NCBI GenBank assembly: GCA_000091205.1
Contig: AP006498.2
DNA from: Cyanidioschyzon merolae
Taxonomy: Eukaryota
Length of the DNA stretch: 64,000 nucleotides
Strand: one strand, 5' to 3'
In this document: positions 22,579 through 33,230 of the stretch, in pieces
Numbering within the stretch: position 1 is the first letter of the stretch
Layout of the letters: each line of letters opens with the position of its first letter
Made by a program: the position numbers and the translations under genes
The notes under the pieces: generated by a model
Databases searched by the model: none
The model's input: the letters and a program-made list of their open reading frames with translations, nothing else
What the model was told of the DNA's origin: nothing

Positions 22579-24891
22579 ATGAGGGCAGACACGGTCGCAT
22601 TCCTCGTTTGGAGCGGACTTGGTCCAAACTCGAGGCAGCCGCGTGCGTCGTCGTCGAGGTCACTGCTACGTCTGCAAGCAGGTGCCGCTAGCCACGAAAA
22701 CGAGCCGCCTGTTGGTAGTCGCGAGCAGAAGCAGTCGGCTTCTTTGAAGTACGAGGCTGCAAAAGAGTTACCAGCGGGCGCGAATGAAAACGCGTCCCCG
22801 CCCGCGAACCATAAAATCACGCCGACGAACGGGGTATCGCCGAGAATCTCTCTACAAGAGCTCACGGGGCGTACTGGTAGGCTACTGCGATCCCAACGTA
22901 ACGGGAGCGCCGGCGGAGCACCAGCGGCTTGCTGGGACCAGGGCGCCGCCAAGGTGCCGAGTGCACCAGCAGCAGCGGCGTGGCTCGCAAAGCGTCGCGC
23001 CATCTTACAGGAACCTGTCTCGGTTTCCGCGCTGGTCGAAGATGTCATCCCGGGGGGAGTCAGGCACAACGGCACGAATCAGGTCCGAAACCATGCTATG
23101 GACGAGAACGCGGCCTCTCGAGCCAACTGCAGCCAGCATGAAGCCCCGACCGCTGCCGCAGCGTATCGCGAGTCGCTTAGCGGGAGTGTCGTTGTCCAGA
23201 ACTCACCGTTCCGCGAAGTAGTGGTCATCTTTGGAAAGCGTCTCGTGCGTGACCAGATAACCTACGAATACGCTGTGCGTATTCTAACGCTCGTCCGGCA
23301 CATGGTTACAGGACGTATCAAACCTTCAGCAGTATGCTTTACCGGCGGCCGGGATCATCCCGATAGTTTGGTCAGCGAAGCCGTTGCCGGATACCTGTTC
23401 TTTCGCCATGTGTGCGAAGAATTTAGCATCAGCCTCGATTCAGTAGCGATTATCCTAGAGGAACAGCATCTGAACGCGCGAGATTGCATGTCGTCGATAC
23501 TTACCCAACTCGGGGAGCAACTCGTAGGCTCCCATTTTACCTTTGTGAGCAGCGACTACCACTTGATACGTATTCGAGAGGTAGAGGCGGCAGCTCCGAA
23601 CTTGTCGCTTTTGGCACCACTGCGCAAACTGCGCGGCACCGTGTCGTATGCATACACGACGTACCCGTTCGCGCTCTCGAAGAACGCAGCAGTAGCACTT
23701 GCTGGTCGGGCAATCGTCATCGCCGCTGAGCTGGGTATCATGATCGTGGCACTGCGCTCGTACATCGAGGAACGCGGCCTCTTCCAACGCGATGTATTCC
23801 GCCGCTTCCAGGAGGCCACCATCGAACTGGGAAATCTGTGCGAGAAATGCAGTGCAGCCCTGCAGGTACAGATCCCAACAGCGTCATCGACGACGGATGA
23901 TATTGTATTCACTCAAGATATCCGCCTGGTAGGAGAGGTGATCGAAAGTGCTTACTTTGAATTGCGCCAGGTTATCCGTGTGCTGGAGCAGTGGGTTTTG
24001 GAGAAAAGTCCGCTAAGCCGCATGGAGCTACAGAATATTTTGCAACAGATCACAATAGTTGAGCAGAGAATTAGGAGCTCCCTCGATCCAGACCGGCCGC
24101 TAACGGCAATGGAATGGAATCACCTGCCTCTGGTGTTCCTAGCACCAGTCCTTGGACCAGGATTCGAGCAACACAGTTTATCAGGGGATCCTGGAACGCA
24201 ACCTTGGATTCCTACATCACCAGCAGGAGCAACCCCAGCACCAACGACGGCGACGGTGACAAGCTCAGTGCATGGATCCACCATTGCACCCGCAACGGCA
24301 GCGTACGCGACATCACGAACCGAATCGGCGCTCTCGTCTGCACCAGCCGCCAATCGAAACGCAACGACAACGGACTCGTCATGGGAATCCTCGTCGTTCG
24401 TATCGCCTTCGTCGTCGATGACGACGTCCGCGGCGGTGGCAGCGGAACATGCAGCAGCAGCAGCAGCGTGGCATCTTCGGAAACCGTCCGCGTCGCCCCT
24501 GAACGGTGCTGGTGCTCGACTGCGCCACTTTGCGTCGATCGTCGCTGAAGCTTCGCAAGCCATCTTTCACGAAGTGCTTCGACCTGAAAACCACGAGGAA
24601 AAGGCACGACGTATTTCCGAGGAAAATCGACGACGGCGACGACAGGCTGCCGCTGAGTCGGGTCCCGGTCTGTCACCCGCGAAACTGCGTGCGCACCGCG
24701 AGTCCCACGCTGCATCCGGCACTGCGAATAGACGAAGTGCTCGTACGACTGCTGCATCAAGGCCTGCGAACGGGCACGTACCCAACGGAACCAGCGCATA
24801 CCATGAGCCTAAGCCGCCTGCTTCCGGTCGGGAAACGGACGCAGACACAACAACGTCGGACCGTTTCACGGACAAGCGCACGGCAACCTAG
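22579..24891 (+). CDS. DUF218 (YdcF-like) domain protein with long Ser/Ala/Thr-rich low-complexity flanks.
   Basis: Core VVVIFGKRLVRDQITYEYAVRILTLV...AVCFTGGRDHPDSLVSEAVAGYLFF...AIILEEQHLNARDCMSSIL...FTFVSSDYHLIRI fits the DUF218 pattern (GG...SEA..m...E..S.nT..N...VTs.yH). Confidence 0.5.
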   Translation: MRADTVAFLVWSGLGPNSRQPRASSSRSLLRLQAGAASHENEPPVGSREQKQSASLKYEAAKELPAGANENASPPANHKITPTNGVSPRISLQELTGRTGRLLRSQRNGSAGGAPAACWDQGAAKVPSAPAAAAWLAKRRAILQEPVSVSALVEDVIPGGVRHNGTNQVRNHAMDENAASRANCSQHEAPTAAAAYRESLSGSVVVQNSPFREVVVIFGKRLVRDQITYEYAVRILTLVRHMVTGRIKPSAVCFTGGRDHPDSLVSEAVAGYLFFRHVCEEFSISLDSVAIILEEQHLNARDCMSSILTQLGEQLVGSHFTFVSSDYHLIRIREVEAAAPNLSLLAPLRKLRGTVSYAYTTYPFALSKNAAVALAGRAIVIAAELGIMIVALRSYIEERGLFQRDVFRRFQEATIELGNLCEKCSAALQVQIPTASSTTDDIVFTQDIRLVGEVIESAYFELRQVIRVLEQWVLEKSPLSRMELQNILQQITIVEQRIRSSLDPDRPLTAMEWNHLPLVFLAPVLGPGFEQHSLSGDPGTQPWIPTSPAGATPAPTTATVTSSVHGSTIAPATAAYATSRTESALSSAPAANRNATTTDSSWESSSFVSPSSSMTTSAAVAAEHAAAAAAWHLRKPSASPLNGAGARLRHFASIVAEASQAIFHEVLRPENHEEKARRISEENRRRRRQAAAESGPGLSPAKLRAHRESHAASGTANRRSARTTAASRPANGHVPNGTSAYHEPKPPASGRETDADTTTSDRFTDKRTAT

Positions 24892-25001
24892 CGTGCTACC
24901 AAAGGCAAGTCGATAGCCGCCAGCCCCGCCCCTAGTCAGCAGGGCTTTGAACAGCGTGCACAGCGAACCCGCTTTCCCCAATTGTAACGAAAAAGTAGTT
25001 C

Positions 25002-25448
25002 CTAAGCAACTTTTTCCAGTTCACTCGCTTCGAAATGAGCGATAAACTTCTTACTACCCTCGAGCATGACCTGGATAGGTCGAGTCGCTGAGATCGGCAC
25101 CCCCTGGTACTCGTCAACGAACTTGGTTACGACTCCTTCGAGACCACGCACATCATGTGGTTGTCCCTTACTCATCGGCGTGTGGTACATAATCACAGAC
25201 TGCGTCACACGCACCCGGTCACCGACCTTGAAGTCGCCGCGACGTTCAGCGGATAGGCAGAGTCGCGGCGCCCGAGCAGCGGTGCGCCAAAGCTCCGTCC
25301 CTCGTCTACTAACTGGCATCCGTGCAAGCCGGTCTTTGTGCCACAGACAACTTGAGCTTGTCCGATCACGAGTTCGGGGTGCATAAGGTCCCGCTAGAAA
25401 ACAAGCACGCCGCATCATGAAGGTCGTTCGTATCCGCACTTGTTTCAA
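25002..25448 (-). CDS. FTRV: Ferredoxin-thioredoxin reductase variable (alpha) subunit with an N-terminal transit-peptide-like extension.
   Basis: C-terminal 75 aa KVGDRVRVTQSVIMYHTPMSKGQPHDVRGLEGVVTKFVDEYQGVPISATRPIQVMLEGSKKFIAHFEASELEKV match the plant FTRV core (VRVT..l.VYH.P......l.GmEGv......WkGk.ISAnLP.kV.....KF.AHL...E.E). The N-terminal roughly 70 aa are Arg/Ser-rich. Confidence 0.6.
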   Translation of the reverse strand: MKQVRIRTTFMMRRACFLAGPYAPRTRDRTSSSCLWHKDRLARMPVSRRGTELWRTAARAPRLCLSAERRGDFKVGDRVRVTQSVIMYHTPMSKGQPHDVRGLEGVVTKFVDEYQGVPISATRPIQVMLEGSKKFIAHFEASELEKVA

Positions 25449-26949
25449 GCGTCTGCCGCCCGGAAGGCGCTAGGTCGGCACTGACGCCGCTCATGGACGG
25501 CGCCCGGCGGAGGCGCACGCGATCCGCGCATCGCTGCGCGTGCTCAGAGAGGGGCGGTTTTGCACCCGCCGCTACGCATCGCTGCGCGACGTCCAGCAGC
25601 GAGCGCCGCGATCTCGCAGGATCGCGGCGTGCGAGCGTTGGCGCCTCGTCTTCGGCGATGCGTTGGAGAAAACGTTTCAGGTGAGCGCGGATCCCAGGCA
25701 GCGGCACGGGTATTGACACGCTGGTACGCGTTCATCAAACTGCATCCGACCTCCGCGTTCGATGACTCATGAATTTTTCGGATGTACTGATCGTTTCATA
25801 TGATCTATCGTGCGCCGAGTGCCTGCCTTGAGCACTCGTCTTGGCGCCTAAACCGCTGGAGCAGATTCATCACGGATGCAGAGCGGGTTTGTCGTACCGC
25901 TGAAGGTGTCGACTCGAGGCGTGGTGCCTCTGACACCGGAATCAGGATTCATTACGATTCTAGGAGCCAGCGTGCTGCGCAGACAGACCTACTGCCTGCG
26001 ACAGCGCGAATCGATAGACTAGGATATAACTGGAACATAGGCTACACCCAGACGCAGCATGCTCGCTCCTGGTCATAGGATGAGCTGCGTTTCGGACGAG
26101 TTGTTCAGGTCTCGCTACAGCGGTCGCCAATCTCGAGAGCATAAAGCAGAAGCTTACCAGAGTCGGCCGGCTCGTTGGGCCTTCCTCCAAGAAGATAAAC
26201 TTTCGAAAATAGAGAAAACGTCTCCCCGTTTTACGGTTTAGCATATAGGGGAAAGCAATTGTCATCAAGTCGGTAGTTAACAGGTAGTTTCTGCTTTTTT
26301 TGTATCGCACGGTCGATGAGCGGAACTGCGTATTTAGAAGGCATGAGATACGACGCGCCTCTCGCTGCTGGAAGGAAACGCGATCTTGATACTTCGCTTG
26401 TTGCTCTGACGGACAAGCTGTATGTGCGCTGATGTCGTAGCAAAGTCTAGCTTTTCAGTTCCATTGTGTTTCGACCCCCAAGTCTGTGTACTCAAGTGCT
26501 TTTTCGCGGTTTACCGCAGAATCGTTCGAACAGCGTTCTTTTTCAAAAACATAAAAAAGGAAAGTTCTGGAAATCAAAGTGGAGGATCCTGGGGACGCAG
26601 TATCGCCGGCTGCCAGAAAAACCAAAAAACAGTGCCGAGCAAAGACGAACAAGATAAGACCATGAAGCAAAAAGGGGTGGGGTGGTCCGACGTCAGGATC
26701 TGCGCGAACGACGACACAACGACGAGATGTTCGTGAAAGCGTGTCTTCTTGGCCATATCAAGGATCCGTACAAGCAAAAGTTGCAAGAGTCCACAAGAAA
26801 CCGTGTCGAGTCGCAATCGATGAGTGTTATATAGGCGTCGTCAGGAGAAATGCATTTAGTGAAGGACATAAATCGCGATGTGACGGATATCAAAACAGTC
26901 TAGGCTCCGGAGGATTTTTCAGCGAAAGCTTTATTCGTCACCTGATGGT

Positions 26950-28943
26950 TTGCACAGGGAAACGTCGAGGAGAAATGAGCATGTGCACGCTCTCCACGAA
27001 AATTACGCCCAATGCCGCTTGAAGGGTGCTCGATACAAGGCTGACTCGCGTATTTACGAACACGGGACGATGAAGCACCTCACGAACCTGGAGAATCGCG
27101 TGATCGTGAAACTCGAACGCTCCATGATACGCTCCATCTTTGCGCTGTACCCGGGCCTGTCTCGCAAAGGGATACGGGCCATCGTCGGTGGCATCACGAT
27201 CGATAGTAGGCATGAGTGGGAGATCGAATTTGTCGAAAAGAAGACATCACGCAGAAGAAAGAATGAAGGTTCTGTAATCCGTGCGGCTATTCAAGAGCAT
27301 CATGCGGTCTTGGGGCTAGTCGACCCAGCAGAAAAGGTATCAGGATCGAAAGAAGATGAAGAAAGATGGGATCACCTCATGCTGCGCTATTTCGTGTTTT
27401 TCGGACCGAGAACTCGAACGCAAGGCCGAAAATGAGCAGGGTGTGGATGCAAATGAAGCGTCGGATACGCGGAAGGCTGAGCTTCTGGAGAAGCGCTTCA
27501 ACGTCGTTCTGTTATGCGAGATCAAGTCACATTTTGTGACAGTCGACTCCAGAGCCCTTGACGGCATCATGCAGGAGATCAGTTCGGGGTTAGGTGTCAG
27601 CACGAACGAGGTTACGGGCGAAAACCGGGAAACTCACTGAAGGAGTATCATCGATTCCAAACTTCTCAAAACGAGCAAGAAAAAGGAATTTACGGGGATG
27701 TTCGAAAGCGATGGGGTATCCATATGTCGACACTATCGGCGCTTGAAGGCAGACCGTCCAGTTCGGCCCTCGGCTTCGTCCTCGGCGAACCATGAAGAAA
27801 ACAAGGAGGCGGATCCTGCGACGCAGGAGGTGGAGGAGAACGACTTTATGGTTGGCGCGGCGAAGCATAAAGATGGGATGGAGGCGGGTCCTTCGCCGCA
27901 GGACATAGAGGATACCGACTTGTCGCTGGCGCAGACCCCGGAAACACAAAGATCATAACCATCGCTGTGTCCACGCGTGCGGAAGATGGTAACGAGGGTA
28001 ACTTATGTCGGAGAGACATGCGTCTGTGGAGGTTCTCGAGAGCAAGAGACTAAAGAGAATCCGGTATAATGAATGCGAGGAAGAACATCGAGATGTGGAA
28101 TGCAGGAATGAAAGAGCACCTGGAAGCTATGAGCCAGGTGACGAGCCGCGGAGCGGACTTGAAATCTTTTCTGAAATCCATGGAGGTTCGCGTTGCTCAT
28201 TGGGAGGCGCTGTGAAAAGAATATACAAAACCCCGGTGGGCTCGTCTGCGTATGAATCTATACAGTGGAAGCAGCGGGCATTCGCGAATTTTTTCAATGA
28301 GTTGAGCGCCTTGAAAGAGGATGAAAGTCAGAGGCTCGTAGTAGCATACGGAGCAGGACGATGGAAGACTCAAAAAGGGACTACGCCAGCTCCAACGACG
28401 AGAATGTATAACGGGTGTGCAAGGAGTTTCGCTACGATACCTGTAGATGGATTCCGAACGTCGTCTACACACCATGAACTGGGCTGTACACTTCAGAGGG
28501 CAGAGGTGGAAAAGTGCCAGCGGAGCCCTGAGGCTATAAAAAAGTACGGACCGCTGACGGAAGAGCAAATGGAAAGGAGGGCGAAACTTCGAGGGCTACT
28601 CGCATGGGTTAGTACAACCAACGGGGCCAAGAAACGCATGGAGTCCGTGAATCGAGCCTCTAATGCCGCCATCAATATCAGACGATGTTCGGTGCTGGAT
28701 ACAGGACCCGCGGGGCTGACGCGATCCAGTTTTGCGGGGCAATCTCTCCGGCTCGAAGTGAACAGGGAGAAACTGATGCCAATAGCAGTGGGCTGGTCGA
28801 AAACGACAGGTATGCGTCTGCGCCTAGTTATTCATGTGCCTTACACATTCGTGGTGTATTTTCGTTCCATTGACCATGTACGATGTAAGTTCGCAGCACG
28901 GTGCCTTGTTCGTGGTGTCGCATTCCTGCATGGATCCGAATGA
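26950..28943 (+). mobile_element. Candidate decayed or intron-containing TnpB/Fanzor-like element. A frame-broken ORF series (26950-27435 frame 1; 27356-27958 frame 2 with a single in-frame TGA at 27638) precedes the 28005-28943 ORF.
   Basis: The block is compositionally AT-shifted relative to its neighbours. Consecutive same-strand ORFs sit in three frames. The C-terminal ORF carries TnpB/Fanzor RuvC-II/ZnF/RuvC-III-like motifs (see the CDS entry). Confidence 0.4.
28005..28943 (+). CDS. TnpB/Fanzor-like protein fragment or derivative (RuvC-II / zinc-finger / RuvC-III region), copy 1. Catalytic residues appear substituted.
   Basis: LVVAYGAGRWKTQKGTTPAPTTRMYNGCARSFATIPVDGFRTSSTHHELGC ... NRASNAAINIRRC. 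This matches the eukaryotic TnpB/Fanzor pattern GxGxF/W...KG..P.P...v..VdEyrTSk.C..C ...RDvNAA.NI. The E becomes G, the D becomes A, and both CxxC pairs are absent. The N-terminus has an NLS-like KRLKRIR. It is paralogous to 40965-41657. Confidence 0.5.
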   Translation: MSERHASVEVLESKRLKRIRYNECEEEHRDVECRNERAPGSYEPGDEPRSGLEIFSEIHGGSRCSLGGAVKRIYKTPVGSSAYESIQWKQRAFANFFNELSALKEDESQRLVVAYGAGRWKTQKGTTPAPTTRMYNGCARSFATIPVDGFRTSSTHHELGCTLQRAEVEKCQRSPEAIKKYGPLTEEQMERRAKLRGLLAWVSTTNGAKKRMESVNRASNAAINIRRCSVLDTGPAGLTRSSFAGQSLRLEVNREKLMPIAVGWSKTTGMRLRLVIHVPYTFVVYFRSIDHVRCKFAARCLVRGVAFLHGSE

Positions 28944-29397
28944 CCCCGGATGCACGATTGCAGCCTACAACCCGCGGTAGAGGCACCTCTATCCCCGTAG
29001 CTGCTTCGACGCTGCAGTGAGTGGAATTCAGTTTACTCGTCTGGGCTAGAGAGCTTGATCCAGTGGTCCTGCGAAAGCCGAGCTCACTGCACATGCTCGC
29101 TGAGATGGGGTATGCGTCGGTGCTGTCGCGATCGCTGTCTGGTAGCAGGCGTCCTCCATGGGGCGTTCACGGGTGTCTGAACGACGGGTCGGCACAAATG
29201 GGTAATGGAGGGAAATAGGTCACAGATGAACTTTATGGACAGCGACCACGTATGCAGCACTTTGCTTATGGCGTAACATCGATGAATTCAACGCGAACGC
29301 TTCCCATGGACTGCGAGCACGCACGCGGTGCTGTTGCGCCTTGCTTCCGCGCTGCACGCTCAGCCGGAGAGCGCTCCGTTGCTCGCCAGGCGTCAGC

Positions 29398-29421
29398 TTG
29401 TCTCTGTGTGTGTGTGTGTGT
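29398..29421. repeat. (TG)n dinucleotide microsatellite of about 9 units.
   Basis: tctctgtgtgtgtgtgtgtgtgttg is visible directly. Confidence 0.85.
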
Positions 29422-30018
29422 TGCAGCGATGCCAGCGGGTCTAGCGCCAAACAGGCACGTATGGGACGTTCCTGCCGCATGTCCATCCAGCGAGGCGTGG
29501 TCTTCGATCCGTTAGCGCCTGACCGGATACGAGAACGGGCGAGCGTGCATGCGTCTTGCTGGAATACCTGTCGCCGCTGCAAATACACCATTCCTGTGGA
29601 AAGCGTGCTCAGCCGATATCGCTACGATCAGGCCCCTAGCATGCAACTTGTGGTGGTACGCATGCTCTGGTGTGCGCGGCTCAAGCGTTGTCTTCTGGTC
29701 CCGTTCCCGATGCAAAAAACACCAGATAAAAGGATCGTTGATGCTGCCGCCATCTTGCACATACTGGCATGCCAGATGAACATGTCCCGTATCCGGATAA
29801 CTGCTCCGAGGTCCGCGCAGCACCTTTGAAGCACATACGAAGTTTTGATATGTGCAGCGTCTGCGATGGCGTTTTCTCTGGCCGGCTTCAGGACTCAGTT
29901 CAACTCGCGTGACCTTAGAAACACGCAGCATGTAGACGGCATTCACAAAGCTGCTCAGCGTGGCGGGACGTACATCGCGGCTTGTAGCGCAGCTACCCTT
30001 GGATGCGAGAGAGATCGC

Positions 30019-31029
30019 TCAAGTCTTCCGTTGCGGTTTTCTTCGCGATAGCGGATTCGGGCCCCGCGACTTGTTTCGTTTGAAAGCTTTCGTAATATTC
30101 GTTTTGGCGTCCATCCAGGGCAGCTTTGTTGTCCTCTTTGGACGTGAAACACGCGCCACGTTGGCCGAGTCCGGGAGCGCACGCGAAGCGTCGGGATTCG
30201 TGCCCAACTCGCCAGTACGCACCTGCAGCTCTGAAGCCGCTGCGGGTTCGTTCACCTTTGCAAGTGACAACCTATAACCAGACGCTGCCGGACTGCTGCT
30301 TTGTTGGAGCGCCCGCTGAGCCTCATGCGCAGCCGCTACCTCGGCCGGTGTCGCCGCGTACACTCGTTGATGTTGCTCGCGCGCCTCCTGAAGACAAGCC
30401 GTTGAGGGCGGCTCTATCTGGACGTGCAAGCCACCACTGAAAACAGCCAATTGGAGCAACATCGTACCAGCCGTCGCCTTCAAGCGCGATCGCAGAGTGC
30501 TATCCAGTGCCGCTACCGCAAAACGGCCTCGGGAGCGTGTCAGTCCCGCCTGCTGCGCAGTCTCGGGGCCACGCTCGACGCAGGCTTGAATGCAGTCCGC
30601 TTCAAAGTGTTCCTGACCAGGATCAAGCTCCTTGTGTTTCGGGTGTCCACATGGGAGGAGCTCCAGCTGACGAGCTAGCCAACTGACCCGTCGCCAGTGA
30701 TCGCCCACGCGTTTTTGCTCAGCAGACGAACGCTGGACCTCTGCGCCTCCACCTGTGGAGTGCGGAACCTTACCCGTCTGATTTTCTCTATCAGCAATCT
30801 TAATTTTCCTTGAAATCGCTCGCATCGTGCACGTAGTTACCAAGGTACGTACCTGGTTCTTCCCGAACACCCTTATAAACAGCGACGGAAGCGCTTTGCT
30901 CGAGCGGCGCTGCACCAGCTCCCCCAGGAACGCGCTGTCGAGGATCACCCGAAAAGGCGGGCGGTACCCAAACCGCGTCGCATAAAACTTGACATGCTTT
31001 TCCTGTCTCTTCTGTCGTTGTAAACGCAT
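30019..31029 (-). CDS. UTP23: rRNA-processing protein UTP23 (PIN-domain small-subunit processome component).
   Basis: N-terminus MRLQRQKRQEKHVKFYATRFGYRPPFRVILDSAFL aligns with human UTP23 MKITRQKHAKKHLGFFRNNFGVREPYQILLDGTF. C-terminal KSRGPNPLSRRKPQRK aligns with KKISGPNPLSCLKKKKK. Confidence 0.85.
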   Translation of the reverse strand: MRLQRQKRQEKHVKFYATRFGYRPPFRVILDSAFLGELVQRRSSKALPSLFIRVFGKNQVRTLVTTCTMRAISRKIKIADRENQTGKVPHSTGGGAEVQRSSAEQKRVGDHWRRVSWLARQLELLPCGHPKHKELDPGQEHFEADCIQACVERGPETAQQAGLTRSRGRFAVAALDSTLRSRLKATAGTMLLQLAVFSGGLHVQIEPPSTACLQEAREQHQRVYAATPAEVAAAHEAQRALQQSSSPAASGYRLSLAKVNEPAAASELQVRTGELGTNPDASRALPDSANVARVSRPKRTTKLPWMDAKTNITKAFKRNKSRGPNPLSRRKPQRKT

Positions 31030-31234
31030 TGCATCCTCAACGAGTCGCCGAAGTTAAACTGCTGTGCTGCACACCAAGCCGCCAGCCGGATACGTTGCCA
31101 CCGAGTTGCAGCGCCCGAGATGCGCCCGCTGTGGCGCTCGCACCTTGACCCTCAACCCAGTGGCGGTGCTTCTGGGAGACGGTTCCTATCAGTGAGTTTG
31201 TGCACCGGATAGCGACGTAGCAGAGCGTGCGATC
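31030..31234. promoter_or_regulatory. Short (about 205 bp) divergent intergenic region shared by UTP23 (-) and the DUF202 gene (+); presumptive bidirectional promoter.
   Basis: Head-to-head gene arrangement. No motif-level evidence. Confidence 0.3.
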
Positions 31235-32086
31235 ATGTCGGAGCAGACGCCTCTGCTCAGCCAACGTAGCCCAGAAGGCGTTCCGGAGGGTGCAGGTACA
31301 CGCGCGGCCCCTGGTCGAGCCGCCAGTGCCCAGATCACAGGCGGCCTCGACTACGACTTCGAGGAGGACGACCTTGAGGCAGGTTCCGACGACGAAAATC
31401 CCGAGCACGCCCAGCACATGTGGCCGAAGACCGGGCCGAACTCGACTGGATCGAGCTTCGTGGAACGCGCTGCCCAGACTGTAACGGACTTTGTACTGGG
31501 CGAGCGAAGTCGCACACCTATCGCAGGAACGAGTTCGACGCCACCGGAGCACAGCACGCAGCTTACTCGCGACACCGATGAAGACGATCGAAGAGACGAC
31601 GGTGACGCTGGAGCAAAGAAAAAGAAAAAGAAGAGTAAACGAAAAGAGCGCGACGTCGACGATATTGAAGCGTGTCCTTATGATACGATAGAGTCTGCAC
31701 GCAAGCCAGTCAAAGGGGACGACCTCAAGACGCATATGGCCAACGAGCGCACTTTTTTCAAGTGGCTCTTTACTGGCTTTCATATCGGAGCGATGGGAAC
31801 GTTTATTCTGAGCTTTTATTCTGACGATAGCGGTCGACCTGGAACCGGAAAGATCCTGCTCTGTCTAGCGATATGGATGGTTGCACTCGTCTATGTGATG
31901 TACGGATTGATCAACTTTTATCGACGTCGCCGTGCACTGCGCCAAGGTCTAGGCAAAGAGGAATGGGATAGTGGTGCTGGCCCTGCGTACGTAGTGGCTG
32001 GACTCGTTCTCGTCATTGGGAGTGTGTTAGTGTATTCGTTAGTGACCGGACAGGCACCGCGGCGATGGCAGCAAGCGCAAACCTGA
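31235..32086 (+). CDS. DUF202 (YidH-like) membrane protein with an acidic/basic low-complexity N-terminal half.
   Basis: MANERTFFKWLFTGFHIGAMG matches the DUF202 signature (aNERTfLaWlRT). Two further predicted TM helices lie downstream. Confidence 0.6.
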   Translation: MSEQTPLLSQRSPEGVPEGAGTRAAPGRAASAQITGGLDYDFEEDDLEAGSDDENPEHAQHMWPKTGPNSTGSSFVERAAQTVTDFVLGERSRTPIAGTSSTPPEHSTQLTRDTDEDDRRDDGDAGAKKKKKKSKRKERDVDDIEACPYDTIESARKPVKGDDLKTHMANERTFFKWLFTGFHIGAMGTFILSFYSDDSGRPGTGKILLCLAIWMVALVYVMYGLINFYRRRRALRQGLGKEEWDSGAGPAYVVAGLVLVIGSVLVYSLVTGQAPRRWQQAQT

Positions 32087-33230
32087 ATCGATGCCGTCAA
32101 ACCGAGCTGCTGGCTCTGCAGGGCACCGCACGGAAGACCAACGACTCTGAGAAAGATGCTGGAGTGCTCCAATGCCGTCGCTTGCGGCTGGTTTCGAAAC
32201 GAGCTTTCCACGCGGATCGAGGCGAGGTCTGCAGCGGGGCGGGATGCTCTTTTGCGGAAAGGATGTTACCGCAAGGGTTTTGAGGGCGTCGCTCCAGCCA
32301 GGATGCCGGCGGCAAGGGATGGGCGACGAAGGCCACTCGACCATTTTGGGTCGGTTATGAAGTTATGGATGTTGGGGTGCGCCTCGGAGGTATCCCTTTC
32401 CCGAGTGGACCTGGACGATTCTCACGTGAACGAGGCACGTTTTCCCTTGAGGGCTACTCCTGCGGCTGGAACGGAACTTGGATTCTGGATGAACCGTGGA
32501 CTTTTTCAAGCGATATGAAACGCATCGTCCCGGCTTGCAGATGATCGAGCTGCATACTTCTCGCTTGCCACCGTGCGACTCTACCTGAGGCCGATTCGAG
32601 CGAAAACAGCAGCACGCATACTCGACGCAGTGCGCTCTGCTTCGGTAGCTAGTCACTGGCTTCTTTTTATCTAACACGACCGGCTCATGCATAGGACTGA
32701 AAGTGACTGGAGCTGGAACGAAAACCGTACGATGGAGTGGATCTCCTGAGCACGTGCCTCCGAGTCCGTTGTGCATTGCTTTGCGTGCTGGCAAACGCCA
32801 CCAACAGTTGTCTTGCTGATCAGGCGCAAGAACCGTTGCGGTTGTCCGATTCATCAGCCGCCGGAGAGGTCAAAACTTTGTGGACAATCGCGAGCACTGG
32901 CGTCGGGACACACTGGAACACGGCTTGCGCACAGCAGCTAGCTCGACACCGGCAAACAGAACGCGTGTTTGCGACTGCCTCCTTCGATGCGGACAAGTGT
33001 CGTGGTGGTGCGTGGAAGCACCCACTGAGGCAAGCATTCGGTTGAATCCGCTGTTGTGAAACGCGAGTTTCTCTTCTGGTACTCTTTAAAATCGTGGGTA
33101 CACCTCGATGATGCCCGAGGCCATTCTGGTCCAGCAGACGCCGTCCAGTTCAGGTAATCGCTTTTTCTTGCGGATAACGACCGAGCGCGACACCCCGCAC
33201 ACCTGCGATACAAGTGCTTAGCGCAGGCGT

